A DNA stretch of 63,257 bases, filler included, from an uncultured Ignavibacteriales bacterium (GTDB taxonomy: Bacteria > Zixibacteria > MSB-5A5 > GN15 > JAAZOE01), in NCBI GenBank assembly GCA_964611355.1. It is 5 parts of 5 records of this genome, joined end to end, with 100 filler letters (N's around TTAATTAATTAA, not from the genome) between each part and the next. Parts side by side here need not be neighbours in the genome. Positions count along the whole stretch, not along the records: positions 39,131 to 51,281 come from CAZSYD010000063.1; positions 51,382 to 63,257 come from CAZSYD010000065.1; 3 more parts are not named here. One strand, given 5' to 3'. The notes beneath the pieces were generated by a model. The model saw only the letters and a list, made by a program, of their open reading frames with translations, was not told the origin of the DNA and did no database searches. Numbering within the stretch: position 1 is the stretch's first letter; every line of letters begins with the position of its first letter. Of this stretch, positions 49,563 through 59,922 are shown piece by piece. The translations under genes were made by a program, and so were the position numbers.

Positions 49563-49868
49563 ATGATTGAAATTGCCGACAAAACGTTACAACAGCCTCA
49601 CGCCGTTCCCATCGCCGATTGGGCAAAGGAAGGGTGTATTGCGCGGATTGAGCCGGTACCCCGCATGGTTTACACCGGTTCAATCGGCTATATATATAAA
49701 GGCGATCTCCATTTCAATATCGCCATTCGTACGATCCTGAAGACAGGCGACATTTACATGGTAAACGCCAACGGCGGCATAGTTGCCGATTCGGATGTAA
49801 ATGAAGAATACGCTGAAATCATTACCCGGGCGTACAACGTCTTCGCCGCCGTATCTGATAATTTTTAA
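49563..49868 (+). pseudogene. C-terminal fragment of a chorismate-binding enzyme (PabB/TrpE)
   Basis: IEPVPRMVYTGSIGY...NIAIRT...GGIVADSD..EY.E corresponds to only the last ~75 aa of a >400-aa family; precedes a PabC-like gene. Confidence 0.75.
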
Positions 49869-49873
49869 GGTGG

Positions 49874-50734
49874 ATGATGACTGACCCGGTAGTCTACATA
49901 AACGGAAGAAAAACCGATTTCCGGAAAGCTTCGATATCGGTATTTGACTATACCCTCCACTGCGCAATCGGTCTTTTTGAATCGATACTGGCCGTCGATG
50001 AACGACTGATATCCCCGGACAAACATTTGGACAGAATGGAATCCGGCCTTAAACGTCTTGGCTTGAAGCTAAACTACAACCGGGTCAGGATAAACCGCAC
50101 GTTGCGCATGATGGCCGCGGAACACCCGGCCAGGGTCAAAAAGGCCAAGGTTATTCTCACGCACGGTTTTTCTCCTCTGTGGCCGGGAAGCAAACCCGGG
50201 CCCAAAACAATTGCCATAATCACCGGTCATCGACTGCAGTTCAAGAAACAAAAGCTGATCGTTTCCCCCATGATTATCACTTCCGCCAACCCGATGCGAG
50301 GAATCAAGTCGGTCAATTTCATGACTGAATGGATGAGCCAGTATCGGGCTTACCAGCAGGGATATGACCAGGGCATCATAATAAATCAGCGGGGACAAAT
50401 TGCCGAAACCGGCTCGTCCAGCCTGTTTATGGTAAAAAGCGAAAAGCTTTACACCCCGCCGATTAGCGCCGGAGGCCTGGCCGGCATTATGCGTCAGGAA
50501 GTCATCAGGCTCGCTCGGGCTAATAAAATCGCCTGTTACGAAAAAAAAATGACCCCTGATGACCTTATCACGGCCGATGAGATATTTACGACCAGTTCTT
50601 TCAAGCTTATCTGGCCGGTAGTGCAGTTGAAACTTGACCGGGTTTACAAATACAATCCTGGACCGTTGTCGCGTGCGTTTTTTAATCGCCTGAAAGCCAA
50701 TTTCTTAACGGGATCATATAAAGATACTCTATAA
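49874..50734 (+). CDS. Class IV PLP aminotransferase (PabC/IlvE/D-AAT-like)
   Basis: GLFESI, HLDRM, IKSVNF (PLP Lys), AETGSSSLF, LAGIMR, ADEIFTTSS. Confidence 0.88.
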   Translation: MMTDPVVYINGRKTDFRKASISVFDYTLHCAIGLFESILAVDERLISPDKHLDRMESGLKRLGLKLNYNRVRINRTLRMMAAEHPARVKKAKVILTHGFSPLWPGSKPGPKTIAIITGHRLQFKKQKLIVSPMIITSANPMRGIKSVNFMTEWMSQYRAYQQGYDQGIIINQRGQIAETGSSSLFMVKSEKLYTPPISAGGLAGIMRQEVIRLARANKIACYEKKMTPDDLITADEIFTTSSFKLIWPVVQLKLDRVYKYNPGPLSRAFFNRLKANFLTGSYKDTL

Positions 50735-50739
50735 AGTTG

Positions 50740-50850
50740 TTAATTGAAAAAACCGTACGGCGTAAAATAGTGGGGCTGGTCTTGTGCATCAATCGGCACG
50801 AATAAAAGCACGGTAGCCGCAGCGATAACTGCCGTAGTAAACCTTCGCAT
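50740..50850 (-). CDS. Putative 36-aa signal-peptide ORF (below ORF-track cutoff)
   Basis: MRRFTTAVIAAATVLLFVPIDAQDQPHYFTPYGFFN*. Confidence 0.4.
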   Translation of the reverse strand: MRRFTTAVIAAATVLLFVPIDAQDQPHYFTPYGFFN

Positions 50851-51045
50851 GAATTCATCCGCAGGTTAGGACGATCCGATAAAGGATTAACATAATCGGG
50901 TAACCCCAAATTATGCAAAATGGCATATGGCGGTAAGAGTTTTATGGTTTGCCGGGGATTTGGTGCAAAGCCTAAGGCAATGGAAATTTGAATTGCGCCG
51001 ATATTATCTTTTGGATATATATCTATTGTCCAAGGAGGAATTCCC

Positions 51046-51281
51046 ATGCCTCTAATTGATGAAATCATAAATCGCCAGTTCCGCCGCTGGGAACTTGAAA
51101 AGGCCGAGCGCAAAGAACCGCCGCCGCCTGTTCCCCCGCAACCGATAGTTACCGTTTCGCGTGAATGCGGTTCGCGCGGGGCGTATTTTGCGGAGCTTCT
51201 GGCCGGGAAACTCGGATACCAGTTTATTCACCGCGAAATAGTTGACGCCATCTGTGAATCATCCGGGTACCGCAAACGGAT
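51046..51281 (+). CDS. Cytidylate kinase-like family protein (cut by linker)
   Basis: IVTVSRECGSRG...LAGKLGY...REIV; AAGGAGG RBS. Confidence 0.8.
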
Positions 51282-51381
51282 NNNNNNNNNNNNNNNNNNN
51301 NNNNNNNNNNNNNNNNNNNNNNNNNTTAATTAATTAANNNNNNNNNNNNNNNNNNNNNNNNNNNNNNNNNNNNNNNNNNNN
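51282..51381. other. Artificial contig linker
   Basis: N/TTAATTAATTAA/N. Confidence 0.99.
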
Positions 51382-51542
51382 GGAAACCGATACCACAAGC
51401 CCGCCGATCACCGTCTCCTTGTTTTTCTAATATATACATCTTTGAATAAAATAATTCAAAGAAAAGTGATAGTGTTTGCGTAAATCCATGTGTTTATTGG
51501 AATTATAATGGTTTCGAAACGCCCGAAATCCATACTCTTTGA

Positions 51543-51571
51543 TTGCCTTTTACATGAAAAACGGGTATAAT
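51543..51571 (+). promoter_or_regulatory. sigma70 promoter of gyrA
   Basis: TTGCCT-N17-TATAAT. Confidence 0.7.
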
Positions 51572-51636
51572 TCAGGGTTGAGTTATGTAGACGTAATTTG
51601 GCATAAGCTGTTCAAACAAGTTAAGATAGGCAAATC

Positions 51637-54147
51637 ATGAGTCTTCAGCATCAGAAAATCGTTCCGATCTACCTCGAGGAGGAGATGAAAAACTCCTACC
51701 TCGATTACTCCATGTCGGTCATCACCAGCCGGGCGCTGCCTGATGCGCGCGACGGCCTCAAACCTTCCAATCGCCGCATTATGGTGGCAATGAATGAACT
51801 CAATCTTTCGCCCGGTCGCCCGTACCGGAAATGCGCCAAGATCGCGGGCGATACTTCCGGTAATTATCATCCCCACGGCGAACAGGTTGTCTATCCCACG
51901 CTGGTGCGGATGGCCCAGGATTTCAACCTGCGCTACCCGCTGGTTGACGGCCAGGGGAATTTCGGTTCCATCGACGGCGACGGCGCTGCGGCCATGCGAT
52001 ACACCGAGGCGCGGCTGACGCCGATCGCAATGGAAATGCTGGCCGATATGGAAAAGGAGACGGTTGATTTTTCGCCCAATTATGACTCCACTCGGAAAGA
52101 ACCGACTGTCCTGCCGGGTCGTTTCCCCAACCTGATCTGCAACGGCGCGACCGGTATCGCCGTCGGCATGGCCACCAGCATTCCGCCGCATAATCTGACC
52201 GAAGTAACCGACGCTATCGTGGCGGTTATTGATGATCCGGAAATCGACAATGATAAGTTGATTGAGATAGTCCCCGGCCCGGATTTCCCCACCGGCGGTA
52301 TCATCTTCGGTCGCGACGGTATCCGTCAGGCTTACCTGACGGGACGAGGGAAAATTATCGTACGCGCCCGCGCGGTTTCCGAAAAGCAGAAATCGGGCAA
52401 GGAGTGTGTAATCATCACCGAGATACCTTATCAGGTCAACAAATCGTCGCTTTTAATGAAAATCGCCGACCTGGTGCGCGATAAAAGGGTTTCCGGCATC
52501 TCCGACCTGCGTGATGAATCGGATCGCGACGGCATGCGTGTCGTCATCGAACTGAAGCGCGACGCTCAGGCCGAAGTCGTTCTCAATCAGCTTTACAGCC
52601 ATACCAATCTCCAGACAACCTTCTCCATCATAAATCTTATGCTTGACAAAGGCGTGCCCAAGCTGCTGCCCCTCAAAAATCTGATTGAGCTGTTCGTCGA
52701 GCATCGCCACGAGGTAATTGTCCGGCGCACCGAGCATGACCTCCGCAGGGCTGAAGCGCGCGCGCATATCCTCGAAGGATACAAGATCGCGCTCGATAAT
52801 ATTGACGCTGTCATTGCCCTTATTAAAGAGTCAAAATCGATCCCGGACGCCCGTGAAGGATTGATGAAGAAGTTCAATCTGACCGAAATCCAGGCCAGCG
52901 CCATTCTGGAGATGCGCCTGCAGCGTCTGACCGGTCTGGAACGCCGGAAAGTGGAACAGGAATATCTTGAAACGATTAAAAAGATAGAAGAACTCAAATC
53001 AATCCTGGCCTCAAAACCGCGTCGAATGAGAATTATCAAGGAAGAAATCCTGGCCATGAAGAATAAATACGGCGACGACCGGCGCACCGAGATAACCGAC
53101 CAGGCGGAGGAGTTCACCCTCGAAGACTTGATCGCCGACGAGGAAATGGTTATCACCATCACTCATACCGGATATATCAAGTCTTTATCAGTGTCCGCAT
53201 ATCGGCGGCAGAATCGGGGTGGAAAAGGCGTTATCGGGATGGAAACGAAGGAGGAGGATTTCGCCGAGCATGTTTTTGTCGCAAGCTCGCACCAGTATAT
53301 TCTATTTTTCACCTCGGTCGGACGATGCTACTGGCTCAAGGTCCACGAAGTTCCGCGCGGCGGTCGTCTGGCCAAGGGGCGGCCGATTGTCAATCTGCTC
53401 AACCTTTCACCGGACGAACGGACCACCACCTTTACGCGAGTTCGCGAATTTGATCCCGATCAGTTTATTGTTATGGCCACCAAGCGGGGAACGATCAAAA
53501 AGACTTCCCTGGAAGCCTTTTCCAATCCGCGCAAGGCCGGCATCAACGCCATTGCCCTGGCCAAAGGCGACGAACTGATTCGCTGCACGGTGACCAATGG
53601 TTCCAACGATATCATCCTCGGCACCCATGAAGGTCAGGCGATTCGTTTTCCCGAAGACAAGGTGCGTCCCATGGGGCGCACTGCCGCCGGCGTCAGGGGT
53701 ATTGCGTTGAACAAAAGCGATTATGTTATCGATATGGTGGTCGTCAAAAGACAATCGACCATCCTGGCGGTTACCGAGAACGGTTACGGTAAGCGGACTG
53801 CGGTCGCCGACTATCGCATTACCAATCGCGGCGGCAAGGGAATCATCAATATCAGATGCTCGGAGCGCAACGGCAAGGTTGTTGCGGTCAAGGAAGTCCT
53901 CGATGACGATGAGTTAATTATGATGACCAGAAAGGGCATTGCCAACCGGATGGCCGTCAGCGACATCAGAATTATCGGCCGCAGCACCCAGGGGGTACGC
54001 ATGATCAGCCTTAAGGGCGGCGACAAGCTCACCTCCATCGCCGTCGTCTTCGGCAGCCGCAAAAAACTGACCGAAAACGGCAATAATAATAACAACAAAA
54101 GCGGTAATGACGGCAATAAAGACAATCAACAGGAGTTGGAGATATAG
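51637..54147 (+). CDS. gyrA: DNA gyrase subunit A
   Basis: [22 protein letters not shown], GyrA-box QNRGGKG, beta-pinwheel repeats. Confidence 0.97.
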   Translation: MSLQHQKIVPIYLEEEMKNSYLDYSMSVITSRALPDARDGLKPSNRRIMVAMNELNLSPGRPYRKCAKIAGDTSGNYHPHGEQVVYPTLVRMAQDFNLRYPLVDGQGNFGSIDGDGAAAMRYTEARLTPIAMEMLADMEKETVDFSPNYDSTRKEPTVLPGRFPNLICNGATGIAVGMATSIPPHNLTEVTDAIVAVIDDPEIDNDKLIEIVPGPDFPTGGIIFGRDGIRQAYLTGRGKIIVRARAVSEKQKSGKECVIITEIPYQVNKSSLLMKIADLVRDKRVSGISDLRDESDRDGMRVVIELKRDAQAEVVLNQLYSHTNLQTTFSIINLMLDKGVPKLLPLKNLIELFVEHRHEVIVRRTEHDLRRAEARAHILEGYKIALDNIDAVIALIKESKSIPDAREGLMKKFNLTEIQASAILEMRLQRLTGLERRKVEQEYLETIKKIEELKSILASKPRRMRIIKEEILAMKNKYGDDRRTEITDQAEEFTLEDLIADEEMVITITHTGYIKSLSVSAYRRQNRGGKGVIGMETKEEDFAEHVFVASSHQYILFFTSVGRCYWLKVHEVPRGGRLAKGRPIVNLLNLSPDERTTTFTRVREFDPDQFIVMATKRGTIKKTSLEAFSNPRKAGINAIALAKGDELIRCTVTNGSNDIILGTHEGQAIRFPEDKVRPMGRTAAGVRGIALNKSDYVIDMVVVKRQSTILAVTENGYGKRTAVADYRITNRGGKGIINIRCSERNGKVVAVKEVLDDDELIMMTRKGIANRMAVSDIRIIGRSTQGVRMISLKGGDKLTSIAVVFGSRKKLTENGNNNNNKSGNDGNKDNQQELEI

Positions 54148-54264
54148 GAATATAGCCGACGAACTATTACCAAGGGTGAGAAGTTTCCCCGGGTTTATTG
54201 CGAGTATTTTCTCCCAATGGTGTTACTATAATCACTCAATCAGTAAAGTCTTACCGGGCTCCGA

Positions 54265-54549
54265 TTACTGGATCAGGCGGGAAAAATCCTCATACGGGAT
54301 CACCGGCCAGGTTTCGGTTTCCAGAATTCCCTTGCTGTTTATTTCGGTGGCCACTCGAAAAGCCACGGTCTGGTCGGTGGCGTCAAAGATCGCCAGGTAG
54401 TCGTATCGTCCCAGGGTAGCGTATAGGTTTTGTACCTTAATCTTGTTTTTGGCGAACAGGTCGATCGATTCGCTGACCTGGTGCGACAGATCGGGGTGCA
54501 TTTTCTTGGCATTGGGATTGATTGTCATGGCCATAATGAACGTCGCCAT
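54265..54549 (-). CDS. GYD-domain protein (paralog of 34406-34714)
   Basis: LYATLGRYD; AAGGAG RBS. Confidence 0.85.
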   Translation of the reverse strand: MATFIMAMTINPNAKKMHPDLSHQVSESIDLFAKNKIKVQNLYATLGRYDYLAIFDATDQTVAFRVATEINSKGILETETWPVIPYEDFSRLIQ

Positions 54550-54673
54550 AATCAAAGCTCCTTCGTTTACTTGATTGCTTCATCGGTACAATAGCATACG
54601 ATTTAATGACAGTCAATTGAATTCTGATTTGGATATGCCAATAAAATGAGTATTCGTAAGTGCCCCAATAATG

Positions 54674-55045
54674 CTAAATTATTTCACCCAAAGTAACATT
54701 TATGACTAACCCATATATTCTTTTTTCTTCCGTTTTCTCAGGGAAGCTTTTATCAATAGCTTCCTTGCGTTGGCCATATGTATTCACGGAAATTTCCGCC
54801 AAAGTTAAATGCTCCGGAATAGTTGGGTTATATTTGGGTATATTCATGTATTCAAAAATAGTCGTGGCTATTTGCTTACCCGATAAGGAATCTCCCAATT
54901 AAAACATAGCAGGCCCGGAATTCAAAATAGCACACAAGTAATGGCTTCATTTAAGTCATCCGAAGATGCAAAATACAACTTATGGTCAGGAATCGACTAT
55001 TTGCCATAAAAATGATCGACTTCTATGACTATGAGATTAACGCCA
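54674..55045 (-). pseudogene. Decayed C-terminal remnant of a type IIG/N6-methylase restriction-modification enzyme
   Basis: Manual translation: GK*SIPDHKLYFASSDDLNE/A(frameshift)HYLCAILNSGPAMF*LGDSLSGKQIATTIFEYMNIPKYNPTIPEHLTLAEIS; AT-rich. Confidence 0.65.
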
Positions 55046-55097
55046 AATTAATTACCCAAAATATAAATTAACCTATATACACAAAAGCCATAGCAAC

Positions 55098-55124
55098 AAA
55101 AAAGGCGGACATTCGTCCGCCTTT
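55098..55124 (-). terminator. Rho-independent terminator of maeB
   Basis: Minus strand AAAGGCGGAC-GAAT-GTCCGCCTTTTTT. Confidence 0.85.
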
Positions 55125-55148
55125 ACCCCAAGGGTATCGAAAAACTGC

Positions 55149-57401
55149 TTAGCGACTTGCTGTCTCGGCTTCGACAGCCGCAATAGCAGCCATATTGACA
55201 ATGTCACTGACGTCGTGTGTGCGAGGCAGGATATGAACGATCTTTTTCAAACCGATCAGGATCGGCCCGATCGCATCCGCTCCGCCAAGACGTTCCATCA
55301 GCTTATAAGCAATGTTGCCGGCGTTGAGATCAGGGAAGATTAAAACATTGGCCGCATCCTTCAGATTGGAAAAAGGAAAATGTTCCATAAGCAGTTCAGG
55401 ACAAACCGCAATATCAGCATGTATCTCACCCTCGACGATCATATCGGGGTTGCGTTTCTTGAGAATTTCGGTTGCTTCTCGAACATTTTGCGCCCGGGGA
55501 TGATTAACGGTGCCGAAATTGGAGAAAGACAGCATGGCCACTTTCGGTTCCACGCCGAACTTGACTGCTTCACGCACCGAAGATTCGGCTATTTCCGTTA
55601 GCTGTTCCGCGGTGGGATCGATATTGACAGTCGTATCGGCCAGAAAGAAAAGATTATTCCTGATAATCATCATATACAATCCGGCCACTACGCCAATCCC
55701 TTCCTGCCTTTCGATTATCTGCAGAGCGGGCCTCAGGGCGTTTGGATAACTGCAAGTCAAACCGGTAAGGAGGCCATCGGCGTCGCCCCGGTCGACCATC
55801 ATAGCACCGTAATAGCCGCGGTCGCGCATCAGCCACATCGCCGCTGAATAAGTAACCCCTTTCCGCGCGCGTTTTTCAAAGAGAGCCTGAGCGTATTCGG
55901 TACGCCTGGGAGAGTTTATCGGGTCAATTATTTCAATGCCATCGAGCGAAACCGAAATATTTTCGGCTATCTTCTTTACGTTCTCCGGCACGCCAAGAAT
56001 AATCGGTTGGGCAATATTCTCGGCATGCACGATATGCGCCGCCCGAATAATCTTGTCGGCGTCGCCTTCCGGAAAAACGAGCCGTGTCTTATTGGCTCTG
56101 GCCCTCGTCATAACCCGGCGCATGAAAGCCCGGGCTCCGCCCTTGCGGCTTTCAAGTGTTTCCTTGTATTCTTCGATATCAAAAGTTTTCCGGGCCACGC
56201 CGGTATCCATCGCCGCCTGAGCTACGGCCGAGGCCTCCCAGACGAGAACGCGGGGATCGAACGGCTTGGGGATTATATACTCCGGGCCGAAGGTGATTCT
56301 GTCAACGCCGTAGATACGGGCTACCGCATCGGGCACATCTTCCTTGGCCAGCGCCGCCAGCGATTTCGCCGCGGCGATTTTCATTGCCTCGTTAATGCCG
56401 GAAGCAAATGTATCCAGCGCACCCCGAAAGATAAAGGGAAAACCGAGTACATTGTTGACCTGGTTGGGATAGTCTGATCGGCCGGTGGCTATGATGACAT
56501 CCTTACGGGCATCGAGAGCGTCCTCATAGGTGATTTCCGGATCCGGGTTCGCCATAGCCATGATGATCGGATCGCGGGCCATGCTTCTGACCATATCTTT
56601 GCTCACCAGGCCTTTGAGCGATACGCCGAGGAAGACATCGGCGTCGACCATGGCGTCAGCCAGTATGCGGCAATCGGTTTCGCGTGCAAACTCTTCCTTG
56701 TACTTGTTCAGCTTATCACCGCGTCCTTTGTAGATGACCCCCTTGGAATCAGTCATCAGAATGTTTTCCGGATTAACCCCCATGGACACGTACAGCTTGG
56801 CGCAGGCAATACCGGCAGCGCCGGCGCCCGAGACGACTAATCGAATTTTGCCGATATCCTTGCCGACCAACTCGAGAGCATTTATAAGAGCGGCAGAGGA
56901 TATAACAGCGGTACCATGCTGATCGTCGTGGAAAACCGGGATATTCATCTCTCTTTTCAGAGTCTCTTCTATATAGAAGCACTCCGGCGCCTTGATATCT
57001 TCAAGGTTTATGCCGCCGAAAGTCGGCTCCAGAAGCTTACAGGCCTTGATGATTTCGTCCGGATCCTCGGTATCAAGCTCGATATCAAAAACATCAATAT
57101 CGGAGAATCTCTTGAAGAGAACGCCTTTACCCTCCATGACCGGTTTACCGGCCAGGGCTCCGATATTCCCCAGACCAAGAACAGCCGTACCGTTGCTGAT
57201 TACCGCCACCAGATTTCCCCTGGCGGTGTAAAGATAGGCATCCTCCGGTCTTTTGGCAATTTCAAGACATGGCTGGGCAACGCCCGGCGTATAAGCAAGA
57301 GACAGATCTCTCTGTGTGGCGCATGGCTTGGTGGAAGTTACTTCAATCTTGCCGGCGCGACCCTTGGAATGATAATCAAGCGCTTCCTGTTTGGTGTACA
57401 T
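55149..57401 (-). CDS. maeB: NADP-dependent malic enzyme fused to a phosphotransacetylase-like domain
   Basis: [45 protein letters not shown] domain (FPEG, LSFSNFG, GNIAYK). Confidence 0.96.
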   Translation of the reverse strand: MYTKQEALDYHSKGRAGKIEVTSTKPCATQRDLSLAYTPGVAQPCLEIAKRPEDAYLYTARGNLVAVISNGTAVLGLGNIGALAGKPVMEGKGVLFKRFSDIDVFDIELDTEDPDEIIKACKLLEPTFGGINLEDIKAPECFYIEETLKREMNIPVFHDDQHGTAVISSAALINALELVGKDIGKIRLVVSGAGAAGIACAKLYVSMGVNPENILMTDSKGVIYKGRGDKLNKYKEEFARETDCRILADAMVDADVFLGVSLKGLVSKDMVRSMARDPIIMAMANPDPEITYEDALDARKDVIIATGRSDYPNQVNNVLGFPFIFRGALDTFASGINEAMKIAAAKSLAALAKEDVPDAVARIYGVDRITFGPEYIIPKPFDPRVLVWEASAVAQAAMDTGVARKTFDIEEYKETLESRKGGARAFMRRVMTRARANKTRLVFPEGDADKIIRAAHIVHAENIAQPIILGVPENVKKIAENISVSLDGIEIIDPINSPRRTEYAQALFEKRARKGVTYSAAMWLMRDRGYYGAMMVDRGDADGLLTGLTCSYPNALRPALQIIERQEGIGVVAGLYMMIIRNNLFFLADTTVNIDPTAEQLTEIAESSVREAVKFGVEPKVAMLSFSNFGTVNHPRAQNVREATEILKKRNPDMIVEGEIHADIAVCPELLMEHFPFSNLKDAANVLIFPDLNAGNIAYKLMERLGGADAIGPILIGLKKIVHILPRTHDVSDIVNMAAIAAVEAETASR

Positions 57402-57573
57402 GGCTAATATCTCCTGTCCATCAGTTTAACGGGTCAGGCTCAACTCTGGCTCGTTACTTTTTTCACAAAGTCTGAAGCGGAATAAATATAATTAAAATTG
57501 CCTGTCAATAGTATTGAGGCGTTATCTTTAAAATTTTCCGGTTAGATTTCATGTTAAGGATTTTCCGAAAGAC

Positions 57574-58299
57574 TTATCGGACAAGTCCGACAAGTTTATA
57601 CAAACCGTCGATTTCCGGGTTAGTAAGAAAACGCCACTTTCCTTTTTCAATATCTTCGGAATTTATTCCCCCGAACGAATTCCGGTACAGTCTGATAACC
57701 GGATGCCCGATTTCCTTACATAGATGCTTAACCTCCCTTTTGCGTCCCTCGGTCAATTCCAGATAAAGATCAGTATAGTCATTGCCGGTATTGGCAATCC
57801 GAGCGACAGCCCGGCCTGTTTTTCCATCCGGCAGTTTGATTCCTTTGGAAAACAAGGTCAACTTGTCAGCCGTCACTTTCCCCCGCACCCTGGCACTATA
57901 AACCCGCTTGACGGCATACTTCGGATGAGTCAATCGGAAGGACAATTCACCGTCGTTGGTGAAGAGAAGCGTTCCCTCAGTGTCCAGATCAAGCCGCCCC
58001 ACCGGGTACACCCGGGCCGGGACATCTCCAAGCAATGAAATAACCGTTTGTTGGTGATACGGGTCGGACAGGGAACTTATATAACCGGCGGGTTTGTTGA
58101 GTACGATATAGGTGTATATTTCAGTTGGTTTTACCCGGACACCGTCAACGCAAACCTCGTCAGCGTCCTCATCAATCATACGGCCCGGGGTATCAATAAG
58201 CTCACCGTTGACGGTGACGTGTCCCTTTGACACCAGAGTATCGGCGCGCCGCCTTGAAGCGATACCGCATCGGGAAAGATACTTGTTTATTCTAAGCAT
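57574..58299 (-). CDS. rluB: 23S rRNA pseudouridine synthase (RluB/RsuA family)
   Basis: S4 domain, LNKPAGY, PVGRLDLDTEG, EGRKREV; scpAB-rluB synteny. Confidence 0.9.
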   Translation of the reverse strand: MLRINKYLSRCGIASRRRADTLVSKGHVTVNGELIDTPGRMIDEDADEVCVDGVRVKPTEIYTYIVLNKPAGYISSLSDPYHQQTVISLLGDVPARVYPVGRLDLDTEGTLLFTNDGELSFRLTHPKYAVKRVYSARVRGKVTADKLTLFSKGIKLPDGKTGRAVARIANTGNDYTDLYLELTEGRKREVKHLCKEIGHPVIRLYRNSFGGINSEDIEKGKWRFLTNPEIDGLYKLVGLVR

Positions 58300-58306
58300 T
58301 TAGAAA

Positions 58307-59125
58307 TTAATTGTCGGAATGGTTGGACTGATCGAATTCCGTCGTGGTCGTAGCGTTCAAATCATTCTCCGATGTGTTTGAACATTGTCCGCCTTCATCC
58401 TCGCATGGCAATATCGGAATGGGATCATCCGGAATCGGCGCGTATTCTCCAAAAACAGCAACCGCCTTTTCCTTTCCCGCCGGTTGGTCGCCGTTTCCCG
58501 AATCCCGGCCTTGATCGGAATCTCCAGCCGTTTCCTGCCGAATCGGAATGTCCGGTTCCGCCGCCGGCACGGCTTTTCCTTTTGGCTCTTCCGATTGCCG
58601 AATCATCTCTTCGACCTCCTCTATGCGAGGCAGATCCGAAAGACGATTCAGGCCGAAGAACTTCAGAAACTTGCGCGACGTCTTATACAGCAAAGGCCGT
58701 CCGGGAGCGGCGGCCCGTCCTGAAATGGCAATCATGTCGCGTTGCAATAGATTATGCAGAACGCCATCGGTGGCTACGCCCCGGATATGCTCGATCTCAG
58801 TCTTGGTCACCGGCTGCTTGTAGGCAATAATGGCCAGGGTTTCAAGGGCGGCACGGCTGAGCCGAACCGTCCGCTGTTTGGCCAGAAGCTTTTTTACGAC
58901 CTGCTCGAAATCAGGCAGAATATACATTTGATAGCCGCCGGCAAGTTCACGTATGCGAAACGAGTTGCCGCAGCCCGTATAAAGATTGTTCAGATCATTG
59001 ATCGCCTTTCGTACATCGCCGGAAGAAATCCCATCAAGTACGTCACAGATCCGCTGAATCGAAACCGGTTCCGGCGATGACAGAACTAAAGCCTCAATGG
59101 TGCAGTTTATGTTATTCTCTATCAT
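58307..59125 (-). CDS. scpB: Segregation and condensation protein B
   Basis: LSRAALETLAIIAYKQPVT..EIE.IRGV, PGRPLLY, FGL..LSDLP. Confidence 0.95.
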   Translation of the reverse strand: MIENNINCTIEALVLSSPEPVSIQRICDVLDGISSGDVRKAINDLNNLYTGCGNSFRIRELAGGYQMYILPDFEQVVKKLLAKQRTVRLSRAALETLAIIAYKQPVTKTEIEHIRGVATDGVLHNLLQRDMIAISGRAAAPGRPLLYKTSRKFLKFFGLNRLSDLPRIEEVEEMIRQSEEPKGKAVPAAEPDIPIRQETAGDSDQGRDSGNGDQPAGKEKAVAVFGEYAPIPDDPIPILPCEDEGGQCSNTSENDLNATTTTEFDQSNHSDN

Positions 59126-59922
59126 TATGACTCCACGGCAACCTGCGCGATGGCTTCAGGCTCGTCCTGACGACTTTCAACATCCGGCGCAGGCTGGAAG
59201 AGTCTGTTAGTTCGATAAACCCTGATCTCGGAAAAGGCGACCGACTGCCTTATGGTTATTTGTCGCGTTTTCACCATTTCGAGGATGGCCACAAAAGTAG
59301 TGATCGCAATCATCTTGACCCTGACATCGGCGAAAAGCTCCTCAAAAGTGGCAAACTGTTTATCTTCCAATTTTCTCAGAATAACCTCAATTCTGTCTTC
59401 AATCGTAGTCTCCTGACGATCGATAAGGTAAGTTGATTCGTCCCTGAAACCCTCCATTATTTCGTGGAAGGCGGTCAGCAGATCAAACAAGGTTGTCGAC
59501 CGGTCAAGAACGGCGCCGCCGCTTCTATGACCGTTGGACCTGGAAACAGATATCAGGCGCGATTCGAACTCCCGCTTTTCCCGCAATATTTCGCCGGCTT
59601 CTCTGAATTTGCCGTACTCAAGAAGCGCCCTGGTTAATTCCTCGCGCGGGTCGGCCGAATCGTCATCGTCCAAACTTCGCGGCAGAAGCATCCGGGCTTT
59701 GATCCGGATTAATGTCGCCGCCACCAGGATATATTCACCGGCGTTATCGAGGTTAAGCAGCTTGAGCATTTCAACGTACTTGAGATACTGTCCGGTTATA
59801 CGCGCAATCGGGATGTCGTAGATATCAACCTCGTCTTTACGGATAAGATACAAAAGCAGATCGAGCGGTCCCTGAAAAACCTCAAGATCAACCGAATAGT
59901 CCGTTGAAGCAGGCATAATCAA
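59125..59922 (-). CDS. scpA: Segregation and condensation protein A (kleisin)
   Basis: FQGPLDLLLYLIRK.EVDIYDIPI, KARMLLP, TFVAILEM. Confidence 0.95.
   Translation of the reverse strand: MIMPASTDYSVDLEVFQGPLDLLLYLIRKDEVDIYDIPIARITGQYLKYVEMLKLLNLDNAGEYILVAATLIRIKARMLLPRSLDDDDSADPREELTRALLEYGKFREAGEILREKREFESRLISVSRSNGHRSGGAVLDRSTTLFDLLTAFHEIMEGFRDESTYLIDRQETTIEDRIEVILRKLEDKQFATFEELFADVRVKMIAITTFVAILEMVKTRQITIRQSVAFSEIRVYRTNRLFQPAPDVESRQDEPEAIAQVAVES

Noticed and set aside
50973..51004. sigma28 site before the cytidylate-kinase-like gene
   Set aside because: GCCGATAT is present but there is no TAAA/TCAA at 15-nt spacing
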